From the NCBI GenBank assembly GCA_951406725.2, contig OX597818.1:95914001-95978000 (forward strand): a stretch of DNA of 64,000 nucleotides, given 5' to 3'. The notes beneath the pieces were generated by a model, which saw only the letters and a program-made list of their open reading frames with translations, did no database searches and was not told the origin of the DNA. A program made the translations under genes and the position numbers. Below are positions 1-12,839 of this stretch, one piece after another; positions within the stretch are counted from its first letter, which is position 1, and every line of letters starts with the position of its first letter. Source of the DNA: Octopus vulgaris (Eukaryota).

Positions 1-427
1 ATTAGTTTTTGTTTGGAAAGAGGTGAGAGTTGGTAATAGAAAAAGCATTCAGTGGTAGAAATTATTGTGCTTAAGTTTCATCTGATCCATGCAAGCACAG
101 AAAAACAAGCATTGAAATAATGATGATGATAATGATGTGTGTGTGTGTGTGTGGTGGTTGGGGTATGTGTTTGTATTTATTTCACTTCTTGAGAACATAT
201 GACTATAGCACAATTTTAAGTAGTGTTAAGCTTTTGAAATTTATAGATTGTCAGTTATCTTAACAAAATATGTAAATACTCCTTAATATTTGCTCTAATC
301 TAACATTTCATATTTTCTTGATCTATCTTGATCTATTTTTTACATTGTGTCTTTTATTTTCATTTCATTTCAAGCTTACTGTCATTTTGTTGACAATCAT
401 TTATTGCCTATATTTGGAATTTTATAA

Positions 428-565
428 TCATCATCATTGTTTAACGTCCACTTTCCATGCTGGCATCGGTTGGACAGTTTGACTGAGGACTGACAAACCA
501 GAAGGCTGTACCAGTCTCCAATCTGATCTGGCAAGGTTTCTACAACAGGATGCCCTTCCTAACGT
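428..565 (-). mobile_element. 3' tail of RTE-type LINE/SINE (recurrent family ending in (GAT)n)
   Basis: Reverse complement of the recurrent aggaagggcatcc...ccatgccagcatggaaagtggacgttaaac(gat)n tail also seen near 18520-18655, 28350-28490, 31115-31210 and 48310-48450. Confidence 0.6.
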
Positions 566-695
566 CCTGTTTTAAAATGTACACTGACAGGTGATTGTGC
601 TTGGTGTTGTGTTACCTCACTACTCATCTGAGCAGGGTAATGTTGCTGGATTGTCTGCTGTTGTAAATTTTCAATACCTCCATTTCGTTACCTCC

Positions 696-1165
696 ATGAG
701 TCATTAATATGCAGGAGGATGTAAAAAACAATTGTATTTTCATAAATGCAATATTTATGGTAATTTTGTCTGGTGTAAATAGAAAATAACTATGGGTGAG
801 ACCAAACCATTTGAAAACCAAACTCATCTTTCCATTATTATGTTGACAACTGTCATGTAGATAGATCAATTCTTATGGAACATTTGTTACTTGAGTGTGA
901 GATATTTTGATAGAATATTTAATAATGGGTGTTGCTGTCACTCTTATTGGTTATGGTTTTCTTACTGAAAAATGAATTAAGGTTTTAAGCAGACCCTTCA
1001 TGGTACAATCAGTAAATATATGGTTCAACATATATCTTTTCACTATAAAATGAGTCATTAATATGCAGAAAGATGTAAAAAACAATTGTATTTTCATAAA
1101 TGCAATATTTATGGTAATTTTGTCTGGTGTAAATAGAAAATAACTATGGGTGAGACCAAACCATT
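696..1165 (+). repeat. 116-bp direct duplication (696-811 and 1050-1165)
   Basis: atgagtcattaatatgcag...gggtgagaccaaaccatt occurs twice with only a few differences. Confidence 0.9.
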
Positions 1166-1758
1166 GTGATAGTTGCAGTAATCATTGTCATTTAACTGTT
1201 TCTTTTGTTAGACATGTTCCTTCATTGAGTTTCATATAGGACTGAACTATGCCTATTCATAGAACTTACAGTAAGGTAAATGCAGCCAATGTATGAAGAG
1301 CAATTTACTATATCTTTTTACATAGAGATCACTATGATAATGACAATGATATGAATAATGATGATGATAATGACAATAACTATAGGTTTTTTCCTTATTA
1401 TTGTCATCCAGGCCCATTCATTCAGACAATAAAATGTATACAAAGGTGTTACAAAATAGGTGGAGACGAATGAAAGAGAATTAATTATACATAAACAAGG
1501 GGCACACTAAAAACACTAAGCAGTATATTGAAGCATGTTAATTTTCTCAATTTAAAAAAAATTATGCAAAAAAATGAAACATATATGTATGTGTGTGTGT
1601 GCGCGCGCGTATAAATTAACTGTTATATCCATACATACATACATACATACATACATACACACACATATATATATACATACTAATTTTTATTTATGGATTA
1701 ACAAGACAACCGATGATTCCATGTGGAAAACTTTTCCACAATCTTCAAGTGATCCACT

Positions 1759-1857
1759 TGAGAATGTTGGTAATTGTCTCCATTTTGGATGAGAATGCTG
1801 GTAATCACCTCTATTTTGGATGAGAATGCTGGTAATCACCTCTAGTTTGGATGAGAA
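1759..1857 (+). repeat. 31-bp minisatellite, about 3 copies
   Basis: Unit approximately tgagaatgctggtaatcacctctattttgga repeated in tandem. Confidence 0.85.
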
Positions 1858-2041
1858 TACATGAGGTTATGCTAGTGTATGTGGGATTTCAAAATAGATA
1901 CACAGATCAGCAGAGGTGACTTATAAGACTTTTTTAATGGTTATCTCTCTTGCATTGGCCCTGGATTTTTGCAAGAATTTACATTCATCCTAAATGATTA
2001 ATTAATTTGTTAATTATCTTATGTCAGAACGTTCATGCACA

Positions 2042-2074
<33 letters not shown>

Positions 2075-2438
2075 CAGCATGTGTTTGAGTATGTAAATGT
2101 CTTATCATTTATGGTATTTCACAGGTTTAGAACACAAAATTAGTCCATGAAGCTGAAAGTTCACAAAAATATTTAGAAGTTCATATCCATATATTTTTAT
2201 AAATCGTGTAATGACATGAGTATTTGTTGTGTATGTTATATATATTTGTATAGTTAAGTATTTCAATATGAGTTTCTGGGGTTTATCCCTGTAATGTATA
2301 TTATGTACGTAACTGATATTCAAAAATTTACCCAGATTGGGTTGGTGGCTAGGTGGGTGAGGGGTCATGCTTGAAGTTTCAAACTTTAAATTGTTGTTTG
2401 TGCTTATAAAGGAGAAGGTTTCTTCACTAATATTAAAA

Positions 2439-2828
2439 ACTACCAGTATCGCCCGGCGTTGCTCAGGTTTGTTTCGACCCTTTAGAATTGGAATTTTTGA
2501 AAAGTAAAAATTTTGCATTATGTAGCTTGTTATTCTCTTTAAGAGAACATTTTTCTGGTTGAAATACACCGAAAAATGGCAACACAGCAGTCAAAAATTC
2601 GTAATAAATAGGGATTTTCATAGAAAAACAGCACCTTTTTGATGTAAATAATTTTTGGTGTTAACATGGTCTGATTTAAATTTGTTTTCTACGGAAAGAA
2701 GAGCAAGTCTTCTATCATACTCTCAATTTTGGTCAACTTGCACTGCAGGGTCTTGGAGGAGATAGTGTTAGTCGAAGGCTACCAAACCTGCCATACACAG
2801 ACAACTTCAGCTTTATATATATAGAGAT
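2439..2828. mobile_element. Non-autonomous Helitron/Helentron-type element
   Basis: One end is acta.cagtatcgcccggcgttgctc (GC-rich subterminal hairpin-like), the other cagacaacttcagctttatatatataga. Same end architecture as 4584-4946. Confidence 0.5.
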
Positions 2829-2849
2829 TTTCACTGTTGATGTTATGAT

Positions 2850-3700
2850 ATTTAATTTCTCTGTGATACATAGGTTATGTTTTCCCTCCTGTCTCCTATA
2901 TTTACTGACTCTATGATGGTCCAATTTACATCGGGGTTGTCCTCTCTTTAAGGGTCTATACAATATTTGATAAAGATGTTGTATATTTTTGTTCTTGTCT
3001 CTAAACGAAGCCAAGTGCTCCATGTATCTTTCCTCTACGGTATTTCCAGTCATTCTGATGATAGTTTTATTGTTCCATTCATATCAGTGATGCTGGCCCT
3101 GTACACCAATTCTTTTTCCAAGAACATATTCTTTAGGACAATTATTGAGGGATCTCCAATTACAAGATCTAATGTTCTTATGTCATTATTCTTATTTGAT
3201 TGAGAACCATCGGTCCTATGTTAGGGAGGCAACTATAGCTAACTTTAACTGTATTTTTGTAAAATATCATGTGATATTCATATGAGTATGGAAAGTAGGT
3301 ATCTGTGAGTTCCAGAAAATGTCTAGCTATATTTGTAGTGACATTCTTGTTGTATGGAGAAGTATAACAATATTTTTCTATGTCTATGTCTTTTCATTCT
3401 ATAGATGTTTGGTTTAAGGTAGGTTGTACTATTCTTAAAATTGGACCTTACTTGATGGATATGTAGAAGTGCAACCATTGAATGGTTCAAGGAAATTAAA
3501 GATAAGCCCAAATGTAAATTCATTCAGTTTGACATTGTGCAGTTTTACCCATTGATCTTCTAAGATCTCCTAAAGACACTTGAATTTAGTAAAGTATATA
3601 CAACCATCACTGACAAGTATATAATTTATACCAGCATTCTCAAGTGGATTGCTCGAAGACTGTGGTGATTTTTTCTATATGAAACCATTGGTTGTCTTGT
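2850..3700. mobile_element. Decayed Penelope-like element fragments (GIY-YIG on -, RT on +)
   Basis: The - strand at ~2970-3110 gives VYRASITDMNG...GMTGNTVEERYMEHLASF (GIY-YIG like). The + strand at ~3470-3560 gives ATIEWFKEIKDKPKCKFIQFDIVQFYPLI (Penelope RT FDIxxFYP motif). Confidence 0.7.
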
Positions 3701-4583
3701 TAATTCTCCTTAACTAAAGAACATTTACCTACTAAATGTGGTGTTGAGCACTCGTTCTCACTGTTTGATACTATTGTATATGCGTACATACACACATACA
3801 TACATACATACATACATACATACATGCATGCATGCATACATACATGCATGCATACAGATATAATTAAAAGGGATATAAATTTAAGAAAACACAACTGAAT
3901 TAGGTTAGGGCACCCCCTCAGCTCTGATCGTCTCCAACTTTCCCTAGTACTTTATCTATATATTGAAAGGTTCTTGTCAAGAATCAAAATTAAATTGATA
4001 GGAATGTTAAATTTTGAAAATTACACCAAATTCTTGATAGTCAAAATGTAGCTCATGATTATGTGAATATAAGGAAGATGTTCCAGTTGTATTGAGTGGA
4101 AAATTAAGTAGAGTACCTTACAGTTTTAGTTTCATCTCTTTATGTTCTAAGTTCAAATTACACCAGTGTAACATTCTTCTTTTATTCTTCTAGGGGTAAT
4201 AAAATAAAGCACCAGTCAAGTACTAGTATTGATTTAATCGACTGATTCCTACTGAAAAATTATAGCCTTGTGTCTGTTGTAGAAAAAATCCTTATTTCCT
4301 ACCCATTCTGCTTCTTTGTGATATGTTCAAAACCTACCTGGATCATTCATGACTGATAATTATTTGTATTTCTTCTCATATAGTGGGAGAATTTAATGTT
4401 ATCAAATAAATACTTGCATACATAAGTTTGGTAATGCTAAGAGAACTCAAAACATGTGTTCATATGTTATTTTTTATTATTAGTAATTGGCAGAAGTTAG
4501 AGAGTGGCTCAAGGGCAGAGAAGTGCCAATGCATAAAACTCTTGACCCTTGAGTCACTCTGTAACTTCTATCAGTAATTAATA

Positions 4584-4946
4584 ACTAGCACTATGATCTG
4601 GCGTTGCCGGGTCATAGTGCTAGTGCATGCATATACAGCTGCGTGCATGTGCACATACACGCGAGTACTGTCCAAATTTCCGATCAATCACATACAGCTA
4701 GCTGGCATTCAATTGGCGTACCAAGTTTCGGGCATTTTGATTGGGTTTTGGATAGAAAATTCACAAAAAAGGCACTTCTATTGATTTTTTAATGGCTTTG
4801 CAGGGTGACTGGGGAAATGTAAAGATGTGCACGACCACCCTTGGATGGTTTTAAATGACCATAGAAAGTACGAGCCCTCTAACTGAAAAATTGTGGATTT
4901 GTATAAAGGACACACACACAGACATTTTGCCGTTTATATATATAGA
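4584..4946. mobile_element. Non-autonomous Helitron/Helentron-type element
   Basis: Terminal hairpin actagcactatga (4584-4596) / tcatagtgctagt (4612-4624). The other end is cacacagacattttgccgtttatatatataga. Confidence 0.5.
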
Positions 4947-5175
4947 AATACTAAAAAAATATATACTTGTATACATATCTGTTTTGTTAAATTGTACTGT
5001 ATAATACTGAATGTTGTAGTGTAACATTAAATGGTACTGGCTAGTGCAGTAAGGCATTTAATGCTACAATGTAATAATGAAGAATAGTACTAAATTGTAT
5101 CAAATGTTTTGATCAAATTTTTCTTTTTGCACATTATTGACTTGTATGTAGAAAATGTTTGAAACATATGGCAGA

Positions 5176-5510
5176 GAGTAGTAGTAGTAGCAGCAGCAGC
5201 AGTAGTTGTAGTAGTAGTAGTAGTAGTAAGGATGGATGGGATGAAAGTTGTGGTAGTAGAAGCAGTGGTAGGGAGCTCGAGACTGTGGTGATGTTAGGTT
5301 TAGTAGTTGTCATGGTAGTGTGAGTATTTTTAATGAAGGTAGCTGTAGTATTGATCATGAGGTTAGTATTAGCAATGATGGTGATAGTTGTAGTAGTGAT
5401 AGTAGTGTTGATAATAATTGTGGTATAAGGGCCTGTGATGGTGACAGTAAAGATTGTTATGATGGTGATAATGACGATGATGATGACGATGATGATGATC
5501 ATGATGACAA
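5176..5510 (+). repeat. Degenerate (GTA/GAT/GGT)n trinucleotide low-complexity tract
   Basis: Visible triplet repeats that explain the overlapping low-complexity ORFs. Confidence 0.85.
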
Positions 5511-5561
5511 CTGCCATATAATCTCTAACATTTATTCCATTTTCCTCTCCCTCATTAACAG

Positions 5562-5772
5562 CCGGCTACGAATGTACAGTGATGACCCACCACCCTATGA
5601 TGTGGTCATGAATCAAGATTATGTGGTCAGTGAGACTGTCACTGAATCAATGGCATCAGAAGAGACCGCAGTCAACTTGGATGATGAGGAGGCATTCCAG
5701 AGTGCTGATGAAGAATGCTGCCTGGAAGCACCACCTTCCTATGATGAATTTATGAGGACTTCCAGATTATGA
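5562..5772 (+). CDS. Probable terminal coding exon of a host gene; acidic C-terminus with two PY motifs (PPPY, PPSY)
   Basis: Pyrimidine-rich acceptor ttttcctctccctcattaacag ends at 5561. Reads RLRMYSDDPPPYDVVMNQDYVV...CCLEAPPSYDEFMRTSRL* with TGA at 5770-5772. Non-repetitive sequence follows, with AATAAA at ~6456. Upstream exons not identified. Confidence 0.65.
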
Positions 5773-8089
5773 GGTCATGGACAGGCCTACTCATTGGTGG
5801 CCTCCTTTCTCATTTGTCATTGCCCTCACCCTGCATGGCAAATTCCTCTTCCCATCACCACTGTCTATTTTTTTTTTTTGAAGAGGAATGTTCATTGTTG
5901 CTGAACCCTCTCATTCTCTATCCACTCTTTGTCCTCAAAACCCCTCTCACATACATCTGATATATTCTCACTATTACTTCAAGGTGTTTCTGGTAAGTTC
6001 TACCTGTTTATTGTATGACAAAAAAAAAATGGAAGCAAAAATATACAGAAACAAAAGAAAACTAAGTGAGGATGGAGTAGGGTATTCCAGAATTTTATGC
6101 ATGGAGTCTTTTCATAGCAGTAAGCCATGGTCTCTATTGGGCTGCAGGAAGCCAGTAGACAGGTGTGTACACATATGTGGACACCAGGTAAGTAGTTAGG
6201 CTGTAAGGTAGACATGGAGGACTTTCAGTAAACTTAGAGGCTATAAGCTTAAACTTTACAATGACACATCTATACATACACATGCACCAAAACTAAAGGT
6301 TATAAGCTTGTTCTTTACATATGCAAATACATGTATGAACTCATCACAGAAATCAAAGCTATGGTTTGATACTTTTATAGCCCCACAAACACACTGACAC
6401 TGCTAAAAGTCTATGGATTTGCAATTTCCACTCTATTTAAACCAGTTCTGGTTGTAATAAATCCATATAATTTTTTTACTGTGTACAGGGCCCATATTTA
6501 GTAGAGTATTGGGTATAGCTCAGTAACTTGATTCCAGTATATTACTGGTACTTATTACAGTAAAGTATCTAATACTTTACTGTCCCAGCCATCTTCACCA
6601 CTGCCCTATGTTGTAACCAATAGAGGTGAGTGCCAGGTAATCAAAGGTAAGATTTTCTTGAGTTGAATCCTGTAACGTGGGTTTGGGCTTCTCTTCACTT
6701 CTATGAAAGAACTGAGTGGATAAGGTATTCAGCTACCAGATCATAGTTCAAACCATTAAAGCACAGCAGTGTCTTTATGGTTAGAACATTTCATTCTTTA
6801 TTGACTCAGTTTATTTGGGTGCAGAGTAAATAGATACCAGATCTTCAGGTAAAGTTTATCTGTGATTGACTGGTGTCCTGTTCAGGGCCCCTTATACATT
6901 TGTTGCTAATGAAACCAGAATTTAATACCATTTTGGCCTACTGAATTATGCTGAGATTAATACACAAGAGGCTGCTAGTCACCTTAGGAAAACGCATGAA
7001 TGTCACTTCCAGCCATCTCTTTAAAATACCTGGCCTTAGTTTGCAGTCAAAAGAAACCAATTCTGAAAAGCCTACATTATATTTTTACAATAATATTCTA
7101 AATCTATCATTGGTGTTTCAATCCTTGTATCTATCTACTGCAGATAATTGTACAATGTTTCTAATAGTGATAAGGATTTCTGATTTGCCAAAAAATATAC
7201 ATATATATATTTTATAAGTAAACCTGTTTAAATTTTGGTAAATTTTCTTGTATATGTAAGTAAAACCTGGTCCATTGGTCAGTGAGGATTTTGTGAGTTG
7301 TGTGTTCATGACTATAAGATATAATTGTGGGTACTGTTTTTTTTGTCGTAAATTTACCTCCCTTATTCTTTGAGAGTCACTAACAACTAGCACTAAGTGT
7401 TTGTTTTCTTTCTTCAATTAAGAGGGAAATTTCAATTAATTAAAAATTTTTTTGCATATATCATTCAGTACATCAACACCTATTAGAACATTTTTAGAGT
7501 GCTGCATTTATTAAAATAAATGAAACTATATAATACAAAGAGTATAGTTGCAAAATTTATTATAGGTACTAAGCCTAAGTCTTTGGATCTGTACATGCAG
7601 GATCTACCTAAAGCAGCTCTAAGATGTCTCTAAGTATTACTCCTGCAAATAAAACCCCAACATGTGCAACTATTTTTGCTTCAAACCCTGCACTGAAAAC
7701 ATACATACACAGCAAAAACAAAAAAAAGCAACAAAAAAAATCTTCATCCTTCAAAATTCCTCTTTATCTCCAGCAGCTTCACTTCCATAAACACAAAGTT
7801 ACCAAATGTGAAAATTTTTCTAAGCACTCTAATCCCACAAGATAACTGGTTTTAATGCTATTCCATCCATTACTCTTATACATTGTACTCGCAAGCTTGC
7901 TTGTATTCTCACCAAACCCTTCAATTTTTCTCTCTCTACAAAGATAATCCACCAATTGGTAGATTATCTTTTTGGTTTCAGTTAATCATCAGTATGGTTT
8001 ATGTAGAACCAGACTATCAGAAACTCGGTCTGTTGTGTTTTTCACTAGTAGTTCCCTACTCTTTAGAACTAATATACTCTTTAGAAGTA

Positions 8090-8700
8090 ATATAGTTTTT
8101 CCTTGATGTCAGAGAAACCTTCAACCATGTCTTATATGAGAACCTCATAGCTAAGATGCCTAGCTATGGACTCTGCTTGTCTCTTAAATCTTCCAAGTAT
8201 CTTATCAGATTATTCAATTGCAAGATGCTCTAAATTTTATCAGCTCTAATGTACAACTAGGCTTTGTTGTAACTCTTAAATTCTTGGAGAGATGACAACT
8301 TGAACTCTTTCAACAGCACAAAGACACAATTACTTCACATATCTTTGAAAGAGTCCTACAAAACCGCACGTGAATAACTTATAACTAAAACTCAAAAGTC
8401 TAGCCTCACAGTCTCTGATAACATTCCCAAAACTGCATCAAAGAGACTAGGCTTTCTGTTCAGGACCTGAATTTACTTCAGTAATAATTAGTTTCTGCCA
8501 CCATAGAAAGCTTAAGTAGTACAAACATTACAGTACTATTCACGTGTGGTTCTCTGATGCTAAAAGAAGGCTTTTCAACTGATTGATAACGATTCACACA
8601 TCGACATTTTACAACCAGGCCCTCTTAATATAAGCTGCTCTGTTCCTCTCATTATTTCTGCTGTACCTCATTCTCAAACCTCACTCTAAGCTCTTTACCC
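8090..8700 (+). mobile_element. Highly decayed LINE reverse transcriptase remnant
   Basis: gttttccttgatgtcagagaaaccttcaaccatgtc translates to VFLDVRETFNHV, resembling the LINE RT motif xFLDxxKAFDxV. Downstream is heavily disrupted. Confidence 0.4.
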
Positions 8701-8799
8701 AATCTTCTAAAAACAAAACCATAGGCAGAGAAGACATACAGGACGTTCTCCTTTCCTATGGTTCAGCTGATAGAAGGCAATGACACATAAGATAATGTA

Positions 8800-9183
8800 A
8801 TCTTACATACACCTACATTCTGAGTTCAAATTCTGCTGAGATTAACTTTGTCTTTCATCCCTCAAAGGTTGATAAAATAAAGTAGCAATCAAGTTCTTGG
8901 CTCTATTCAATTAACCAATCCTCTAACTTAAAAAGTTGCTGACCTTTTTCTTAAATTAGAAGAAATTATAATGTGGTTAATTTGCAGAATCAGAGTTTTG
9001 GACAAAAAATTGCTTAGCAAAATATTTCTTCCAGCTCTTTAGGTGCTGAGTTCAAATGTTATTGAGATTGGCTTTGCCTTTCATCCTTTTGGAGTTGATA
9101 AAACAATTTACCAGATGAGTGCTGAGATTGTTGTAATTGACTTTCCCTCCTCTCAAAGTTGCTGTCCTTGTATCTAAGTTAGA

Positions 9184-9216
<33 letters not shown>

Positions 9217-9540
9217 TATTATTATTATTATTGTTGTTGTTGTTGTTGTTGTTGTTATTATTATTAAGACAGCAAGCACTTTGTCCACCTTTATGTTTTG
9301 AGTTCAAATTCTGCCAAGGTCGACTTTGCCTTTCATCCTTTCAAGGTTGATAAAACAAGTACCAGTTAAGCACTGGGGTTGATGTAATCAACTTACTTAC
9401 CCTGTCTCCCAAAATTTCTGGCCTTGTGCCAAAATTTGAAATCATTATTATCATTATCATTAGCCGGCAGAATTGCTAGAGCACCAGAAAAAATGCCTTG
9501 CAGTATTAGTTCTGAATTTTTACATTCTGAGTTGAAAAAA
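8800..9540 (+). mobile_element. Cluster of fragments of one tRNA-related SINE family
   Basis: Repeated ttctgagttcaaattctgccaaggtcgactttgcctttcatcc...gataaaa..agtaccag core. Other copies at ~4130-4290, 26452-26940, 38600-38815 (-) and 47300-47490. Confidence 0.7.
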
Positions 9541-10090
9541 ATAAAAAATAAAACTAAAATTTATTGTCACTAGTTGGAATTGAACTCTTGTCAGTCTAAA
9601 AAAAATGTAAGCCACATTATGAGACTATTTATTGAATCAGATGTCTTGATTGATTTCCTATGTAGGCATAAGAAAATGAAATTTTATATCATTGCTGCTC
9701 TCTGAAACTGGAGTGAATGTCAAATTTGATTCTGGTGGGATTTGAACTCTGAACATTTAGTTCATTTCTTTACATTCTACCACCACAATGAATTATGCTA
9801 ACAACGACAACAACAATAATGTTAATGACATCTCTCATCGAAGATGGCATATGAGTCTTCTGTTTGTGCTGGCTGACCTTCACAGATGCTTTGTTTATAG
9901 TGATCAAATGTCCCTCCATCAAATTGACATTGCTTGTACTGGTGTACAAGTGTCAAAATGATCACAGAACAGTATGAAATGAAGTGTTTTGCTCAAGAGC
10001 ACAACTCACCATCCTGTCTGGGAATTAAACCCACGATCTAGTGATTGTTAGTGCAACATCCTAAGCACTAAGCCAATAGTAATAATAATA

Positions 10091-10125
<35 letters not shown>

Positions 10126-10489
10126 AATAAATGATTTTCTTTTCATAAAGTACAAAAGTTGTGTATTTTGGTGGATAATGGGGGTGGCTTTCTCAAGGGT
10201 ATTAATAGCATAAGTAAACTCAAAAGAGCTTTCACCAGGCATTCAAACCTCATCCCAATCTCAGCTTACCCCTTAATAACTATGGAACTGAAGAATATTT
10301 TAAAAGATGTGAAGTTAGTCTTAGCATGAGAATAGTACTGTGACCAGCTGTTCATGAGGTTAGAGAGAAAGACTGGACATGGGACACACACTATTGAAAT
10401 TGTCATTGTCTCTCTCACCTTTACCAATGATAGCATTTCATCTCAAGTATTATTAACCTTATCTTTAAAGTGTATATGTATTTATATTT

Positions 10490-11250
10490 ACACCATTTTG
10501 ACTGGTTTGATCTCTGATCATCATCAGGTGTCTTCTCAGATATGTATATAGTCACTGACTGGTTTTTGATAAGGAACATTTATTTCTAAAATAAAATCAC
10601 TGGTTACTATGATATAACATAATATGATATTGTAAATATTTACTGTAAAGATGAGCTTCATAGTCTGAATAAATTATAATCTTCTTACCAACAAATCATT
10701 TAAGATATTTAGACATTTAATAAATACTGAAATAATTGATAGAAGAACAACAACAGCCGAACATTTAACAATTCCTCTGTATTTATATGAACTGAAAATT
10801 AAATACTTCTCATATTGTATCGCAAATATATTAAAATCTTTTTAAAGTTTCACTCAAAAATATTGTTTCTTATATTTAAAAATACATTATTTTCTTCTTG
10901 GTGTTGTGCTTGTAGTTATGACAGAAGTTGTTTTATTATAAGCTTTATTACATTGCTGAAATCTGATTCTGTTGTATCACATTCTACACTATGATAATAC
11001 CCCACAAAGCTCCCTAATTGCATTAAGTGTCCATTGTGTAAAAGTAGGATTTTTTTTAACCTTAACTGGGAGATGACATTGCAATTGACATTATCAGCCT
11101 TCTGAACTAATTTGTTGTTGTTGAGATAGCTGATCAAAGAAACACTCAATAAATATCTCTAGACTTGATCATGCCCTATGTTTGAATTGTGAATTATTTT
11201 GCTCTAAAATTTCAGACATACATCCCGTAGTGCCTGTGCTACTCTATAAT
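10490..11250 (-). mobile_element. Decayed Penelope-like element remnant with terminal hammerhead-like motif
   Basis: ORF 10916-11149 contains QKADNVNCNVI, resembling the Penelope xADKGNxxVI motif. The - strand at 10490-10532 reads GACAC CTGATGA TGATCAGAGATC AAAC CAGTC (degenerate hammerhead core). Confidence 0.4.
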
Positions 11251-11959
11251 ACTCTAGATATTTACTTGTATATTCTCCATTTTGTTATTCATATATAAAA
11301 GTATCTAGTCAACATCTACACACTATTTATCCATCTGGTTTGTGATAGCATGATGCTAGCATTGTTGTGGCATGCCATGCATTTTGCACATAATCAGATC
11401 TATTCTAGATAACTACCTGTTTGATGCAAGTAACAGTTTTTATGGTGTGCTGCTTGGATAACATGTGTCAATCATAGAATCCTCTTATAACAGATATCTG
11501 AAGATTTGAATTTATTATAATGAACAAATATAATTATTGTAAACACAATTAGTGATGAAGATTTACAACTTTAATAATGAGTTAATGATTCTAAAATGAA
11601 GTCTAATAAACTCTGAAATTTTCATAATGCTGTAAAAGCAGAAGCATAGCTAATACAGTTTAACTTAAAACTGCTTATAGAAGACACATAACCTGTTCAA
11701 ACCAAAAAATTCTTTGCATTATACGGTATCAATCCATATATGAAAAGATAAAATAACTTACAAACTACAACAATTCAGGATGGTTTATTTGAAAATTTTG
11801 CGAGCTTTAATGTCCTATTTTTTGATGACTAAGGCATTTTTAAGTTTTAAATGGACAGTCTTTCTTAAAATGCAGACCTCCACACCCACAGCATGGATTT
11901 GGTCATATTATTCGTTTTTGTTTATTTATTCCCAGTCGACATGTCTGTACTTGAGAGAA

Positions 11960-12720
11960 AATATTTTCTTCAGTTTTCTTCATGTCCTGTCACAGGTTGA
12001 TAATTCTTTGACATTCTTCTGCTACTGTCTGCAGGGTTAAATTCTGGTCCTCCTGTTCTAGTTTTGTAAGAGTCTGTGCACATATTTCTGCATCCTTGTC
12101 AGCTTTCAAACCTTGCACAAAGATGAGGCATTTAAACATGTCCAGAGAAAATTCCTTCAGTTTAAATTTTTTACAGATTTTATTAATGATTCCGGCATAA
12201 CTGGCAAAATCTTCATCTTCTTCTTTTACTAAGTTCAAACACCCCCAGCGAGTGTTAAACAGGGAACACTTATTGCTGAACATTTTGGATAGCAATTCAA
12301 TTGTTTCCTCGAAAAAAGTTTCACTTGTTTTTTTAGGCAGAATAAAATTGCAGTATTTTTCATATTCTGAAGGAGCTGGTTTCCATAACAGTAGTCTCAC
12401 TTGTTCATCATCTGTCCAACCCTTGCATTCTTCCTTGAAAATTTCTTCATATCTTCTGAAGTACACTGAAAAAGTTATACCATCTTCTGGGTTATAACTA
12501 AATTCACTTGTAGCATTCACTATGCCGTCTGATGAAAATGAACTTGCAGTGTTTCCCAACATTCATATCAATTCCAGCAACTGCTGTTTGACTCTTGGGT
12601 ACTGTTGTTGGACTCTTGAGTACTGTTGTTCAACTCTTGGGTACTGTTATTCGACTCTTGAGTACTGTTGCTGCTGTTTCTGTTGCTTTTGCAACCGTGA
12701 TATGTCAGCTAATAGGTCTT
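11960..12720 (-). pseudogene. gag remnant of an old Ty3/gypsy-type retrotransposon
   Basis: ORF 11990-12562 has EFSYNPEDGITFSVYFRRYEEIF...FKCLIFVQGL...LTLQTVAEECQRIINL, typical of invertebrate gypsy gag. A 21-bp tandem repeat (4 copies) lies at ~12590-12673. Confidence 0.75.
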
Positions 12721-12839
12721 TTATAATTAATGAATTTTATATATCATAAAAAAATTGGTAATGACCAACGTAAGCTTCAAATCACTTATTTCACCACTTT
12801 TATAACTGGATATCCTTGTTGCCACTTTTGTATTGAGAC

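Noticed and set aside
1212-1280. Possible upstream exon (ag...aag/gtaaat) for the PPxY gene
   Set aside because: The 64-nt version has stops in all three frames, and the 36-nt alternative has no independent support.
1759-1857. CRISPR-like repeats
   Set aside because: Tandem 31-bp units without unique spacers, in eukaryotic DNA with no cas genes.
5320-5561. N-terminal part of the 150-aa ORF
   Set aside because: Low-complexity triplet repeat upstream of a clear splice acceptor; probably intron.
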